From an uncultured Verrucomicrobiae bacterium (GTDB taxonomy: Bacteria; Verrucomicrobiota; Verrucomicrobiia; Chthoniobacterales; Chthoniobacteraceae): a stretch of 64,000 bases of DNA. Shown here piece by piece: positions 10,025-20,889 of this stretch. A program made the translations under genes and the position numbers. The stretch spans positions 50,751-114,750 of the forward strand of contig CAWHEP010000003.1 in NCBI GenBank assembly GCA_963828525.1, written 5' to 3'. The notes under the pieces are model-generated. The model saw only the letters and a list, made by a program, of their open reading frames with translations. It was not told the DNA's origin and searched no databases. Numbering within the stretch: the first letter of the stretch is position 1; every line of letters starts with the position of its first letter.

Positions 10025-11146
10025 CTAGGGCGCAATGGTATCCACGTAGTTGAACTTGCCGTCCTTGATCTCGAGGACGACCGCAGGCTTCGTGGCATTG
10101 CGCTCCGCATCGATGGTGATCTTCCCAGTGACTCCCGAAAACTCCTTCGTTCCCGCGATCGCCGCTCGCAACTTGTCGCCGTCTGTGACACCCGCCCGCT
10201 TAATGGCATCCGCCAGGATCATCGCCGAGTCGTACCCGAGAGCGGACATGGCGTCGGCGTCCATGCTAAACTTTTCTTTGTATCGTTTCAGGAATCCCTG
10301 CACCACCGCCGACTTATCCTGAGTCGTGAAGTGGTTCGAGAAAAAGTCGCCTTCCAAGGCCTTGCCTCCGATCTTAACGAGGTCTTCCGAATCCCACCCG
10401 TCACCGCCAAGAAGCGATACCTTTAGTCCCAACTGCTGGGCTTGCCGCGCAATCAGACCTACTTCCGTATAATAACCAGGGACAAAGATGGCGTCGGGCT
10501 TGGATGGTTTGATTGATGTCAGTTGCGCTCTGAAGTCCTTGTCACCCGAACTGTAATTCTGATCCTTCACCACCTCGCCCCCATGGCTTGCGAGATAGTC
10601 CTTGAAAAACTGCGCGAGGCCCATGCTGTAGTCCTGCTTTACGTCCTTCAATACGGCGACACGCTTCCAACCTCGTGACAGCGCGAACTTGGCCATGACG
10701 GTACCCTGAAATGGATCGATGAAGCAAACGCGGAAGATGTAATCGCCAACCTGGGTGACCTTCGGGTTGGTAGAGGCGGGAGAAATCATCGGGATATGAT
10801 TTTCCTGCGCGATGGGCGCGGCTTCGAGCGATTTGGACGAAGCCACTTCACCGAGGATCGCGATGACTTTGTTCTGCGAGATCAGCTTCCGTACGATGGT
10901 CGCTGGCTGTCCCGCCTTGCTCTGATCGTCCTCCGTGAACAGGGCGATCTTCCTGCCCAAGACCCCCCCCGCCGCGTTGATTTCCTCAACAGCCATCGCG
11001 GTGCCATTGTGCGAGGAGACTCCGAAGGTCGCGGTTCCTCCCGTCATAGATGCGAACTCCCCGACGTTTATGTCCTCTTCTGCCGTGGCCAGGAGAGCTG
11101 GCATTAGAAGAGCTAAGAACAATGTGAACTGGCGCAAACGAAGCAT
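10025..11146 (-). CDS. Leu/Ile/Val-type periplasmic substrate-binding protein
   Basis: 373 aa with a signal peptide and a type-1 periplasmic binding fold pattern. It is the first gene of the liv operon. Confidence 0.8.
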   Translation of the reverse strand: MLRLRQFTLFLALLMPALLATAEEDINVGEFASMTGGTATFGVSSHNGTAMAVEEINAAGGVLGRKIALFTEDDQSKAGQPATIVRKLISQNKVIAILGEVASSKSLEAAPIAQENHIPMISPASTNPKVTQVGDYIFRVCFIDPFQGTVMAKFALSRGWKRVAVLKDVKQDYSMGLAQFFKDYLASHGGEVVKDQNYSSGDKDFRAQLTSIKPSKPDAIFVPGYYTEVGLIARQAQQLGLKVSLLGGDGWDSEDLVKIGGKALEGDFFSNHFTTQDKSAVVQGFLKRYKEKFSMDADAMSALGYDSAMILADAIKRAGVTDGDKLRAAIAGTKEFSGVTGKITIDAERNATKPAVVLEIKDGKFNYVDTIAP

Positions 11147-11293
11147 AATTTTCCCTTTTTTCAGTGACTTTGGATTCCCTACGCGGGATGTTAGAGAAAC
11201 AGATTCTTCAATTCAATAGACAAACGTCGCAGCTCACATTTTCCGCTTCTTGCTCTTGCGCCAAGCCTCCTCTTATCCTAATTCCGCACTGAT

Positions 11294-11677
11294 ATGTCCC
11301 AGTCGAGTGTAGCAGTCATCGGCGCGTCCAGTGATCGGCGCAAATATGGAAACAAAGCCGTGCGCGCCTATCTGTCGACTGGTTTCAAGGTGTTTCCTGT
11401 GAACCTGCGGGGAGAGTCCATTGAAGGACTTCCTTCGTATAAGTCACTGGCAGAGATCCCGGAGAAAGTCGACTTTGTGAGCCTTTATGTCACGCCAGCC
11501 GTTGGAATCCAGATGCTTTCGGCGATCGCCGATATGGAACCACAAGAGGTCTGGCTAAATCCTGGCTCCGAAAGCGATGATCTCATAGAAGCGGCAGCCG
11601 ACTTGAAGCTGCGAGTAATAGTCGCTTGCTCCATACAGGCATTGGGGATCAATCCATCCGAACTGTCCGACAAATGA
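11294..11677 (+). CDS. CoA-binding domain protein (YccU/YneT-like)
   Basis: 127 aa with VAVIGASSDRRKYGNKAV and a small Rossmann-like layout. Confidence 0.7.
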   Translation: MSQSSVAVIGASSDRRKYGNKAVRAYLSTGFKVFPVNLRGESIEGLPSYKSLAEIPEKVDFVSLYVTPAVGIQMLSAIADMEPQEVWLNPGSESDDLIEAAADLKLRVIVACSIQALGINPSELSDK

Positions 11678-11702
11678 CTTCCCCCCTCCCCCCGCGACCG
11701 AA

Positions 11703-12389
11703 TTGATAACGCGCTTCTACAAATCCTCAATCGGGAAGAAGTGGATAGTAGCGCTAACGGGACTGGCGCTCATTGCGTATGTGGTCGGACATATGGCTGG
11801 CAACCTCCAGATCTTCATCAGCCAGGATCGCATCAACGACTATGCCGTGTTCCTGCACAGCATGGGCCCGCTGCTCTGGGCAGTGCGAGCGCTCCTGCTT
11901 GCAGCGTTCGTTATCCACATCCTGGTGACCGTCCAACTAGCCGCGCAAAATCGGCGGGCGCGTCCGATCAGCTATGCCATGAAGCGCGATGTGAGGGCTC
12001 GCGCTTCTTCCAAGACGATGATCCTCAGCGGGCTGATAGTTCTGTGCTTTGTGGTCTTTCACATCTTGCATTTCACCACGCACAACATCGACTCAAAGTT
12101 CGGACTGCTGGAGGATTCACGGGGAAGGCATGATGTCTTCTCCATGGTGATCCTGGGGTTCAGCAATGCGTGGGTATCCGGTTTTTATATCCTGGCGATG
12201 TTTCTTCTCTGTCTGCATCTCAGCCACGGATTCCAGAGCTTCTTCCAAACCTTGGGATTGAATAGTAAAAAGGTCGCTCCCTTGCTAAACGTCGGCAGTC
12301 GCGTGGCGGCAGCCGTCATCTTTTTTGGCTACACGGCTATTCCGATAGCCGTTCTTGCGCGCCTCCTGAAGCTTCCCGGACACCCATGA
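11703..12389 (+). CDS. sdhC: succinate dehydrogenase/fumarate reductase cytochrome b subunit (b558 family)
   Basis: 228 aa with about five hydrophobic helices and conserved His residues. TTG start; ATGA overlap with sdhA. Confidence 0.75.
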   Translation: MITRFYKSSIGKKWIVALTGLALIAYVVGHMAGNLQIFISQDRINDYAVFLHSMGPLLWAVRALLLAAFVIHILVTVQLAAQNRRARPISYAMKRDVRARASSKTMILSGLIVLCFVVFHILHFTTHNIDSKFGLLEDSRGRHDVFSMVILGFSNAWVSGFYILAMFLLCLHLSHGFQSFFQTLGLNSKKVAPLLNVGSRVAAAVIFFGYTAIPIAVLARLLKLPGHP

Positions 12390-14305
12390 TCTCAAATCTC
12401 GACGCGCGGATACCCGACGGACCTCTTGAAGGGAAATGGCAGAAGCACCAATTCGATTCCAAGCTCATCAATCCCGCCAACAGGAGGAAGTTCGATGTCA
12501 TCGTCGTGGGTTCCGGGCTTGCTGGAGGAGCGGCGGCGGCAACCCTTGGGGAGCTCGGCTACAAGGTAAAATGTTTCTGCTACCAGGACAGTCCGCGCCG
12601 CGCCCATAGCATCGCCGCGCAGGGAGGTATAAACGCCGCGAAGAACTATCAGAACGATGGAGACAGCGTTTACCGGCTCTTTTACGATACCGTGAAGGGT
12701 GGGGATTTTCGATCCCGTGAGGCGAATGTTTTCCGGCTGGCCGAAGTGAGCGCGAATATCATTGACCAATGTGTCGCGCAGGGCGTGCCGTTTGCCCGCG
12801 AATATGGCGGGCTGCTGGCGAATCGATCTTTTGGGGGCGCGCAGGTCTCTCGCACTTTCTATGCGCGCGGTCAAACCGGCCAGCAACTCCTCATGGGCAC
12901 ATACTCGGCGCTGTGCCGGCAGATTGGACTGGGGACGGTGGAGATGTTCCCCCGGACGGAAATGCTGGATCTGGTCCTCGTCGACGGGCACGCGAAGGGC
13001 ATCATCGCGAGGAATATGGTGACTGGTGAAATAGCGTCACACGCGGCAGACACAGTAATTCTGGCGACCGGCGGTTACGGTAACGTCTTCTATCTGTCGA
13101 CCAACGCGAAGGGGTGCAACGTCACAGCCACGTGGCGGGCTTGCAAGAAGGGCGCCTACTTTGCAAACCCATGCTACACCCAGATTCACCCCACGTGCAT
13201 CCCGGTGAGTGGGGAATACCAGTCAAAACTGACGTTGATGTCGGAGTCTTTGCGAAACGACGGCAGAGTGTGGGCGCCAGTTCGAAAGAATGATACTCGC
13301 CCCCCGAGCCAAATACCGGACGCTGAACGCGACTACTACCTGGAGCGCAAATACCCGAGCTATGGCAATCTGGCGGCGCGGGACATCTCTTCACGCGCCG
13401 CAAAGGAGGCGTGTGATGATGGAAGGGGCGTCGGTCCTGGCGGCCTTGGCGTCTACCTCGATTTCGCGGATTCCATCAAGCGGCTGGGCGTGAACGTGAT
13501 TCGGGAGCGGTACGGGAACCTGTTCGACATGTATCACAAAATCACCAACGAGGACGCATACAAGGCGCCGATGCGCATCTATCCCGCGGTGCATTACACC
13601 ATGGGCGGTCTCTGGGTGGACTACAATCTCATGAGTAACATCCCCGGCTTGCACGTGCTCGGGGAAGCTAATTTTTCCGATCATGGAGCCAACCGCCTCG
13701 GCGCGAGCGCCCTCATGCAGGGCCTGGCGGACGGATACTTTGTTTTGCCAAACACAATCGGCGGCTATCTTGCCACGCAGGCGGGCAGGAAAGTAACAAC
13801 CGCTGATCCCGCGTTCAAGAAAGCGGGAGAGGATGCGCGCTCCCGTTTGACGAAGCTTTTGAAGATCAAAGGAAAACGCACGGTGGATTCATTCCACAGG
13901 GAACTCGGCCTCCTTTTATGGGATAAATGCGGCATGTCGCGCAATGAGGCGGGTCTGAAAGAGGCGATAACCCGCGTGGCGGAGATAAGGGAGGAGTTTT
14001 GGCAGAACGCGAATGTCCCGGGCGAGAATGAGGAACTCAACCAGTCGCTGGAGAAAGCGGGCCGGGTCGCGGACTTCCTGGAATTCGCGGAACTGATGTG
14101 CCGGGACGCGTTGAGCAGGAACGAGTCGTGCGGAGGCCATTTCAGGGAAGAATTCCAGACTGCTGATGGTGAGGCAAAACGCGACGACGAGAATTACGCT
14201 TATGTTTCGGCATGGGAATGGTCTGGCAATGACAGTGAACCGATCCTCCACAAGGAGCCTCTGGATTTTGAGAGCGTTCATCTCGCGCAAAGGAGTTACA
14301 AGTAG
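12386..14305 (+). CDS. sdhA: succinate dehydrogenase/fumarate reductase flavoprotein subunit
   Basis: FAD motif [27 protein letters not shown] (covalent-FAD His region) and HYTMGG. Confidence 0.9.
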   Translation: MISNLDARIPDGPLEGKWQKHQFDSKLINPANRRKFDVIVVGSGLAGGAAAATLGELGYKVKCFCYQDSPRRAHSIAAQGGINAAKNYQNDGDSVYRLFYDTVKGGDFRSREANVFRLAEVSANIIDQCVAQGVPFAREYGGLLANRSFGGAQVSRTFYARGQTGQQLLMGTYSALCRQIGLGTVEMFPRTEMLDLVLVDGHAKGIIARNMVTGEIASHAADTVILATGGYGNVFYLSTNAKGCNVTATWRACKKGAYFANPCYTQIHPTCIPVSGEYQSKLTLMSESLRNDGRVWAPVRKNDTRPPSQIPDAERDYYLERKYPSYGNLAARDISSRAAKEACDDGRGVGPGGLGVYLDFADSIKRLGVNVIRERYGNLFDMYHKITNEDAYKAPMRIYPAVHYTMGGLWVDYNLMSNIPGLHVLGEANFSDHGANRLGASALMQGLADGYFVLPNTIGGYLATQAGRKVTTADPAFKKAGEDARSRLTKLLKIKGKRTVDSFHRELGLLLWDKCGMSRNEAGLKEAITRVAEIREEFWQNANVPGENEELNQSLEKAGRVADFLEFAELMCRDALSRNESCGGHFREEFQTADGEAKRDDENYAYVSAWEWSGNDSEPILHKEPLDFESVHLAQRSYK

Positions 14306-15058
14306 GTGAACTTCAAACTCAAAGTTTGGCGACAGCCGAACGGCAGCGCGAAAGGCCGCCTTGTGGATTACCCCGCTGAGAATATCCCCGAGGAAGCCTC
14401 TTTTCTTGAGATGCTGGACATCGTCAACGAAGGTCTGATTCTGAAAGGTGAATCACCGATCGCGTTCGACCACGACTGCCGGGAAGGGATTTGCGGGATG
14501 TGCAGCTTGGTGATTAACGGGATCGCGCACGGTCCAGAGCGCGCCACCACGACTTGCCAGCTTTACATGCGTCGCTTCAAGGATGGCCAGACAATATACG
14601 TAGAGCCTTTCCGGGCGGGGCAATTCCCCTTGCTCAAGGATCTCATCACCAATCGGGGAGCGCTGGATCGCATCACGCAGGCCGGAGGATTCATCACGTC
14701 GCGCGCGGGCTCGGCGCCGGACGGCAACGCCACTCCCATTCCAAAACAGGATGCTGACAGCGCCATGGACGCGGCCGCTTGCATCGGGTGCGGCGCATGC
14801 GTGGCGGCGTGCCCTAACTCATCGGCGATGCTCTTCACAGCCGCGAAGGTCTCCCACTTGGGATTGCTGCCGCAAGGGCAGCCTGAGCGGTCCCGCCGCG
14901 TTATGAGCATGGTCCGAGCGATGGACAAAGAGGGTTTTGGCAACTGCTCTAATCATTACGAGTGCGAGGCCGTCTGCCCCGCCGAGATCAGTGTGGCGTT
15001 TATCGCGAGGATGAATCGTGATTATGCCGCCGCCTTGGTGAAAGACAGCATCGAATAA
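14306..15058 (+). CDS. sdhB: succinate dehydrogenase/fumarate reductase iron-sulfur subunit
   Basis: Cys clusters [22 protein letters not shown] and [15 protein letters not shown] start directly after the sdhA stop. Confidence 0.9.
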   Translation: MNFKLKVWRQPNGSAKGRLVDYPAENIPEEASFLEMLDIVNEGLILKGESPIAFDHDCREGICGMCSLVINGIAHGPERATTTCQLYMRRFKDGQTIYVEPFRAGQFPLLKDLITNRGALDRITQAGGFITSRAGSAPDGNATPIPKQDADSAMDAAACIGCGACVAACPNSSAMLFTAAKVSHLGLLPQGQPERSRRVMSMVRAMDKEGFGNCSNHYECEAVCPAEISVAFIARMNRDYAAALVKDSIE

Positions 15059-15069
15059 CTTGTGTTCTT

Positions 15070-15552
15070 CTACGGGACGTCAACGGGCGTTCCGACGACT
15101 GGCTCGCCCTTCTTTCCAACAGGCGCTTTCCCTGTGGCCTGGGCGTACACCTTGGTCATTATGTCGATGTGAGTGAGGTCTGGCGCGAGGATGGCTTGGG
15201 CGCCATCGGTTCGGATCCAGTGGCTGGCGTCAACTTTCTTCCAAAGAGCAAAAGGCCCGTTTCGGTCGAGAATCGCTTTGCAAACGTCCTCCGTCAGCGG
15301 CAGCGGTGGGGCTTCGCGGCGGTAGCCAACGCGACTGGCAATGTCGCCGACATAGGTGATGTCTATCAGCCATCCAGAGTGTTTATACAGGGCGGTGTTC
15401 AGCTCAAGATCATGCTTCAGGAAAGCACCGTATCTCTCCTCGCACTGCTCCCGCGAATCACCAAGTCTTCCTTGAGCCGGGGCGCATGCGAGCACCGCGC
15501 AGAAGCAGGCCAGCCCGGCCATCCATCGGAACCTCAAATTCGTCGCTCTCAA
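15070..15552 (-). CDS. hypothetical secreted protein or lipoprotein
   Basis: 160-aa ORF immediately downstream of rng and overlapping it. It has a signal-like MAGLACFCAVLACAPAQG, so an alternative ATG at 15522 is possible. I recognise no family. Confidence 0.45.
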   Translation of the reverse strand: MRATNLRFRWMAGLACFCAVLACAPAQGRLGDSREQCEERYGAFLKHDLELNTALYKHSGWLIDITYVGDIASRVGYRREAPPLPLTEDVCKAILDRNGPFALWKKVDASHWIRTDGAQAILAPDLTHIDIMTKVYAQATGKAPVGKKGEPVVGTPVDVP

Positions 15553-17132
15553 GGCTTCAACTCCGTCCCGGTGGCAGAATCGCTGATGAGGAATTGTTCG
15601 TGGTGGTAGGTGGAGTCGGATTTGAATATGAGCCGTCCGGCGTATTTGCGCTCGATCTCGACCAGCAACTCTTCATCCTCGGTCCTTAGTCTTTGCAATA
15701 AGTGGGGGCTGACCACCACTTTTATGTCGTGGATGGTCTCCTGGTGCTTTCGCATAACCGCGTGGAGCGTGCGTTGGAGTTCCACGCTCATCGTCATGGC
15801 GCTCTTTACGATGCCTTTCCCGCTGCAGTATGGGCAGTTTTCGTAAATTGAACCGCTCAGACTCTCCTGGGCGCGCTGGCGCGTCATCTCCATGAGACCG
15901 AGTTGCGAGATCGGGAGGACATGGCTCTTTGCCTTGTCCCGCTTCAGCCGCTCTTTCATGCGCGAATAGACCAGCTGTTGGTCGCGCCGGCTCTTCATGT
16001 CGATGAAGTCGCCGATGATAAGACCGCCGATATTCCTCAATCGCAACTGGCGGGCGATCTCGTCCACAGCCTCCAAATTTGTTTGAAGGATCGTCTTCTC
16101 GACATCCTTCGCGCCTTTGTTTCGGCCTGTGTTCACGTCGATGGCTATGAGGGCCTCCGTCTCATCAATCACGATATACCCGCCGCACTTCAGCCAGACT
16201 TGCCGGTGAAAAGCGTCGTCAATCTGTTTCTGAACACCATAGCGCTCAAAGATAGGGGTTGGCTCGGAATACAGCGTCACCCGGTTGCTTGATCGCCGGG
16301 AGATTTGGCCAATGAGGGCGCGCATCCGGTCCACGGCCGCCTGATCATCGCAGACCACCGCTTCGATCTCGTCAGTCAGAAAATCCCGAACCGTGCGATC
16401 AATGAGATCAGGCTCGCGGAATACACAACACGGAGCGGGCTTCTCCTTCATATTGAGTTCAATGCGCGCCCACTGCTCAAGAAGCAGACTGAGATCGCGG
16501 ACGAAGTAGCGCGCTCGCTGCCCCTCCCCGACCGTGCGCACAATCACTCCCATTCCATCGGGCACCTCAAGTTCCTTAAGAATCTTGCGAAGACGCTCAC
16601 GTTCCTTGGGCGACTCGATCTTGCGCGAAATTCCACTTTGTCCGCCGAAGGGCATAAGGACGAGGTACCGTCCGGCAAGGCTGATGTTTGTGGTGATGCG
16701 CGGACCCTTTGTGCTGATAGGCCCCTTGGTGACGTAAACCAGCACTTCGGATCCCACGGGATATATCTGTGGAATGTCCTTGGCTGTGATTCGTTTTTTG
16801 TTCTTATCGCCGCCCGGGCGATCCACCTCCTCGACGCCACTGTCGAGCGCGAGAGGCAGGGCGTCCCAAAAATGTAGGAACGCGTTCTTTTCGAATCCAA
16901 TATCCACGAACATCGCCTTCAGGCCATGCTCGATATTTTTTACCCGGCCCTTGAAAATGCTGCCGACAATATTGCGGTCGGTCTCGCGCTCGATGTTGTA
17001 CTCTTCGAGCTGCCCATTTTCCAGGAGCGCTACGCGTCTCTCAAGTTTTTCGCAGTTGATTACAAGTTTGTTCCCGGTCTGCCGGGGAGAGATTCCTAAC
17101 ATTCGCTTTACTTTCTCGATCATTAAATTCAT
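15549..17132 (-). CDS. rng: Rne/Rng-family ribonuclease (RNase G-like)
   Basis: S1-domain sequence VGSIFKGRVKNIEHGLKAMFVDIG, catalytic IAIDVNTGR, and Zn-link CPYCSGKG. Confidence 0.85.
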   Translation of the reverse strand: MNLMIEKVKRMLGISPRQTGNKLVINCEKLERRVALLENGQLEEYNIERETDRNIVGSIFKGRVKNIEHGLKAMFVDIGFEKNAFLHFWDALPLALDSGVEEVDRPGGDKNKKRITAKDIPQIYPVGSEVLVYVTKGPISTKGPRITTNISLAGRYLVLMPFGGQSGISRKIESPKERERLRKILKELEVPDGMGVIVRTVGEGQRARYFVRDLSLLLEQWARIELNMKEKPAPCCVFREPDLIDRTVRDFLTDEIEAVVCDDQAAVDRMRALIGQISRRSSNRVTLYSEPTPIFERYGVQKQIDDAFHRQVWLKCGGYIVIDETEALIAIDVNTGRNKGAKDVEKTILQTNLEAVDEIARQLRLRNIGGLIIGDFIDMKSRRDQQLVYSRMKERLKRDKAKSHVLPISQLGLMEMTRQRAQESLSGSIYENCPYCSGKGIVKSAMTMSVELQRTLHAVMRKHQETIHDIKVVVSPHLLQRLRTEDEELLVEIERKYAGRLIFKSDSTYHHEQFLISDSATGTELKP

Positions 17133-17161
17133 GCCTCATACGTTGATGCTGCCTACTCCGG

Positions 17162-19423
17162 TCAGTGCGCGCCTGAATGCGCGGCAGGGGCGGGGTTGGC
17201 AGCGGGTTTTGACTTCGTTCCAAACCATCTTTGGAAAATGTTTCTTCTATCGGGTGGCGGTGTCGCCGCGGGCTGTCCGGGCTGCCCCTTCCGATGCACC
17301 CTTCCCTGGGCGTCGGGTGTCTGTCTGATCTCGGGCCTGGCCGAAACCTTGGATTCCTGCGGCTCATCCGCCGCCTGGCTGTTATCTGGAGACTCTTCAT
17401 CCGCTGGCACCTCCACTGCGGGGCCCGCGTTCTTATAGTCTATCTTAGGCAACATTTGAAAGGGATTCTGTTTGTGCGCTGGCGTTAGCGACGCCAGCGG
17501 GACGGTGTAGGCGCCCGCGTCCATCGCCAGACATTGCTCCAGAATCCTCGTGGCAATCGGCGCGGCAACCGTCCCGCCGTGCTCGCCGCCTTGAACCATT
17601 ACCGTCATTGCATACTTGGGATGGTCGTACGGAGCGAAGCACGTGAACCATGCAATCGTATCTTTCTTGCCGTTCAACATTGCCTGAGCTGTGCCAGTTT
17701 TGCCGGCGACCTGCACATTCTTGATACGCCCGGAGGCTCCGGTGCCGCCTGCCTCATTGACCACTTTCCACAGACCGTGGCGGACCAGCTCGATCTGTTG
17801 CTGGGTAAAGTCTTTGCGCAAGTCCGCCCGAATGCGCGGCGTAGTCGGGACCGCCAGGTTCCCATCCTCATCCACCGCCGGTTTCCCTTCAGGCGTGAGC
17901 ACTTTGTCGATCAGCCGCGGATAGTAGGCGATCCCTCCGTTTGCGACAGTGGCAGCGACCATCGCCGACTGCAACGGAGTCACAAGGTCGTACCCCTGCC
18001 CGATCGACACATTTGCGGTATGCGCGGGACTCCATTTTTCCTGAGGATGATGGGCAGTCATCCACACAGGACCTGGCAGCTCGCCGGGCGACTCATCGGT
18101 GAGCTCCACCCCGGATTTCGTGCCCAGCCCAAGCATTTTCCCTGTGTCGTCTATCGCCTGAATGCCCGCCGCATTCCCGTATTGGTAGAAGAACGCGTTA
18201 CACGAAACCTTGATCGCCTCCGAGAGGCTAAGCGTGCCGTGGGCCCCTCCCTTTTCCGCGATCCAGCACTTAAAGTAGTGATTTCCATAAGACACTCCTC
18301 CCGTGCAGGTGAACTGTTTGTTTGCAAGGCCTTTCCGCAGGCCAGCAAGGGACGTTACGATTTTGAAGGTTGATCCCGGGGGGAAGGCGCTGATTGCCCG
18401 ATTGACGAGCGGGTTTGCTTTGTCATCCACAAGGGTAGACCAATCCTTTGCAGAGATGCTCGGGATAAAGGTGTTCGGATCGTACGAGGGGACCGATGCC
18501 ATCGCTAGGATGTTACCATTATTCGGGTCCACCATCACAACGGCTGCTCGCCCCGCCGCGCGCAGAGCTTCTTCCACGATATATTGGATGCGGGCGTCGA
18601 TAGTGAGGTAGACGTTATCGCCTGGCTTCGGAGGTTCCCGGCTGCTTTCTCCTTCGATCACGTTCTTCACGCTGCGCTGAAGGACACGCTTGCCCGGGCT
18701 TCCCCTAAGGTACTTGTCCATGTAAAGTTCCACCTGCGATTTGCCCTCCACATCAGGCTGGTAAAAGTTGAATTGGCGGGCGTCCGGGAGTTTGTCGATG
18801 TCCAGTGGCGATCCGACATACCCAAGAAGATGCGCCGCGAGCGCTCCATACAGGTATTGTCTTACAGGCTTCGGAGAAATATCCACGCCCGGCAAACCAA
18901 CGTCGTGCTCACAGAATTTAGCGATCGTGGGAAAGTCTATGTCTTCTAGATAGGTGAAGGGCACCTGGTCTTCGATCCGGTAGTGCCTCTGCAGGGAATC
19001 GGCGCTGTAATCCTTTGCAAGATCAAGATCCTCCAGCCGGGGAATGACTGCCGTGTTCACGATCTGCACGATGTTCGCGATCTCATGCTTGGCCATCATC
19101 CCTTTCACGGGAGCGTAGAATGTGACTTTCGGCGGCGCCCCTATCTTTTGTTTGTAGCCGCGCACCATGTCCGGCAGGTAAAAGTCCACCTCGTAACTCG
19201 CGCGGTTCGTCACGAGGGTCAGTCCGTTGCGGTCGCGAATCTCCCCGCGAACCGATGGGATGCGGACGGTGACTTGTGTTCGGGAACCGATTTTCTTCGT
19301 CCACTCCGCGCCGTGAGCAACTTGCACCCACCAGAGGCGCGCGACGATTCCAAATACGCCACAGAGGATGAGCAGAGCCAGAACGTGGATGCGCAACTCG
19401 ATGCTGACTCTTCGCCTGGCCAT
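17162..19423 (-). CDS. mrdA: penicillin-binding protein 2 (elongasome transpeptidase) with a low-complexity C-terminal tail
   Basis: Transpeptidase motifs PPGSTFK (SxxK), VSCN (SxN) and GKTGTA (KTG). I set the start at ATG 19423 (MARRRVSIEL...), just after the mreD stop. Confidence 0.85.
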   Translation of the reverse strand: MARRRVSIELRIHVLALLILCGVFGIVARLWWVQVAHGAEWTKKIGSRTQVTVRIPSVRGEIRDRNGLTLVTNRASYEVDFYLPDMVRGYKQKIGAPPKVTFYAPVKGMMAKHEIANIVQIVNTAVIPRLEDLDLAKDYSADSLQRHYRIEDQVPFTYLEDIDFPTIAKFCEHDVGLPGVDISPKPVRQYLYGALAAHLLGYVGSPLDIDKLPDARQFNFYQPDVEGKSQVELYMDKYLRGSPGKRVLQRSVKNVIEGESSREPPKPGDNVYLTIDARIQYIVEEALRAAGRAAVVMVDPNNGNILAMASVPSYDPNTFIPSISAKDWSTLVDDKANPLVNRAISAFPPGSTFKIVTSLAGLRKGLANKQFTCTGGVSYGNHYFKCWIAEKGGAHGTLSLSEAIKVSCNAFFYQYGNAAGIQAIDDTGKMLGLGTKSGVELTDESPGELPGPVWMTAHHPQEKWSPAHTANVSIGQGYDLVTPLQSAMVAATVANGGIAYYPRLIDKVLTPEGKPAVDEDGNLAVPTTPRIRADLRKDFTQQQIELVRHGLWKVVNEAGGTGASGRIKNVQVAGKTGTAQAMLNGKKDTIAWFTCFAPYDHPKYAMTVMVQGGEHGGTVAAPIATRILEQCLAMDAGAYTVPLASLTPAHKQNPFQMLPKIDYKNAGPAVEVPADEESPDNSQAADEPQESKVSARPEIRQTPDAQGRVHRKGQPGQPAATPPPDRRNIFQRWFGTKSKPAANPAPAAHSGAH

Positions 19424-19424
19424 G

Positions 19425-20000
19425 CTAGTCAGCCGTCCTTTTCGCGTGGTGCGGGTTAAAACCCACCAGAGTAGCCACGAAGTTGAGCAAAAAGAAAAAC
19501 ACTGGAGAAAGAAGGATCGCCATAAGTCCAGCCCCACCCACTCGCCACCAGACCTCGTTTGAGAAGAAGGGCTCGCCTCGGCGGAAGGTTATCATCAAGA
19601 ACTCCGCCAGAACGATCAAGGACGTGCAGACACCGCTCAGGAGGCAATGAATTTCCCACCTGCCGCGCTGGAACAAAGGGCGGAAGCCACTCATGATGGA
19701 GCCGAGCGCCGCATAGAGGATTATTGACCATCCGAGGGAGATTTCAACATTGGAAGCCACTGGCAGGCCTGTGGCGAAGTCCCTCACGAAACTAATTTGC
19801 GCCGTCATGGCGTCCCACATGAAGCCCGACGCGAAAGCAAGAATAAGCATTGCCCAGAACGGAAACGCGAGCGCTCCGTAAAAAAGAACAATGGGCATGA
19901 GAAGAACTCTAGCTCCGTGGAGCCACTCCATAGGAGCGATAAACTGCTGGCCGATAAGCGACAGCAACAGAGATCCTAGCAGGACAAGAAAGAAGATCAT
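19425..20000 (-). CDS. mreD: rod shape-determining protein MreD
   Basis: 191-aa polytopic membrane protein in the canonical position between mreC and mrdA, overlapping the mreC stop. Confidence 0.65.
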   Translation of the reverse strand: MIFFLVLLGSLLLSLIGQQFIAPMEWLHGARVLLMPIVLFYGALAFPFWAMLILAFASGFMWDAMTAQISFVRDFATGLPVASNVEISLGWSIILYAALGSIMSGFRPLFQRGRWEIHCLLSGVCTSLIVLAEFLMITFRRGEPFFSNEVWWRVGGAGLMAILLSPVFFFLLNFVATLVGFNPHHAKRTAD

Positions 20001-20800
20001 CTTTTGCCAAAAACCACGAAGACATCTTCGATGGTGGAAAGATCGACTGCGGGGATGATTGTAGCGTAACCGTCGAGTTCACGCTTCTTGAACTCCTTGA
20101 TTACCCCAATGAAGATGCCGGGCGGGAAGACGGTTCCAGCGCCCGAAGTAAAAACTTTCTGACCGGGTTTCAGGTCGGCGTCTTTTGACAGGAAAATCAG
20201 GCTGATTTGGGGCTGCACGTTGCTGGATGTCCTTTCCCCTTTTACGATCCCCTGCCAGTGCGTGCCTTCCACGGTCGCTCCAACCTTGCAGCTTTCATCA
20301 GAGATCAGGACGACCGTCGCGGAATTGCCAGCCACGGTGGTTGTCTTGCCGACGAGCCCGTCCTCGGTCAGCACCGGCATGTCAATCTCGACTCCATCTT
20401 CGACCCCGCGGTCTATTCTGATCGTGTTCCACCACGTCGAGGAATCACGGGCGATGATCCGGGCGGGCACCAGATTGAAAGCCGCTCGTTCGCGATATTC
20501 CAGAGCATGACGAAGCCTGTTGTTCTCCTGTTCGATGTCCCGGAGTGTCTGATTTATGGCTTTAAGCTCCTTATTCTCTACCAGGAGCGCTTTGTTATCC
20601 TGTTCCAGCTGGGTGAGGGTCTTCAAGCCTTCATGGAAGGCGACGACGCGCTGTTGCACCGACGAGCCTGTTTTTAGGAAGGGAGAAATCATTCCAAGGA
20701 ACGCGGACTGCACCTTTTGCGTGTTGCGCGGACTTAGCGCGAGCAAGCCGCCGACAGCACAGACAAAGATAACAAGCGCCGCAATGTTATAACGGCGCAT
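19997..20800 (-). CDS. mreC: rod shape-determining protein MreC
   Basis: 267 aa with an N-terminal TM segment, a coiled coil (QLEQDNKALLVENKELKAINQTLRDIEQENNRL) and beta-rich domains. Confidence 0.8.
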   Translation of the reverse strand: MRRYNIAALVIFVCAVGGLLALSPRNTQKVQSAFLGMISPFLKTGSSVQQRVVAFHEGLKTLTQLEQDNKALLVENKELKAINQTLRDIEQENNRLRHALEYRERAAFNLVPARIIARDSSTWWNTIRIDRGVEDGVEIDMPVLTEDGLVGKTTTVAGNSATVVLISDESCKVGATVEGTHWQGIVKGERTSSNVQPQISLIFLSKDADLKPGQKVFTSGAGTVFPPGIFIGVIKEFKKRELDGYATIIPAVDLSTIEDVFVVFGKR

Positions 20801-20889
20801 GCGCGGCGATCCCCGGTTTGTGTGCCGGCGACCTTGAAGGGTTTAAATCTCTCACTGCTGCGGAACCGGCGCTACCGGTCGAAAGGCCG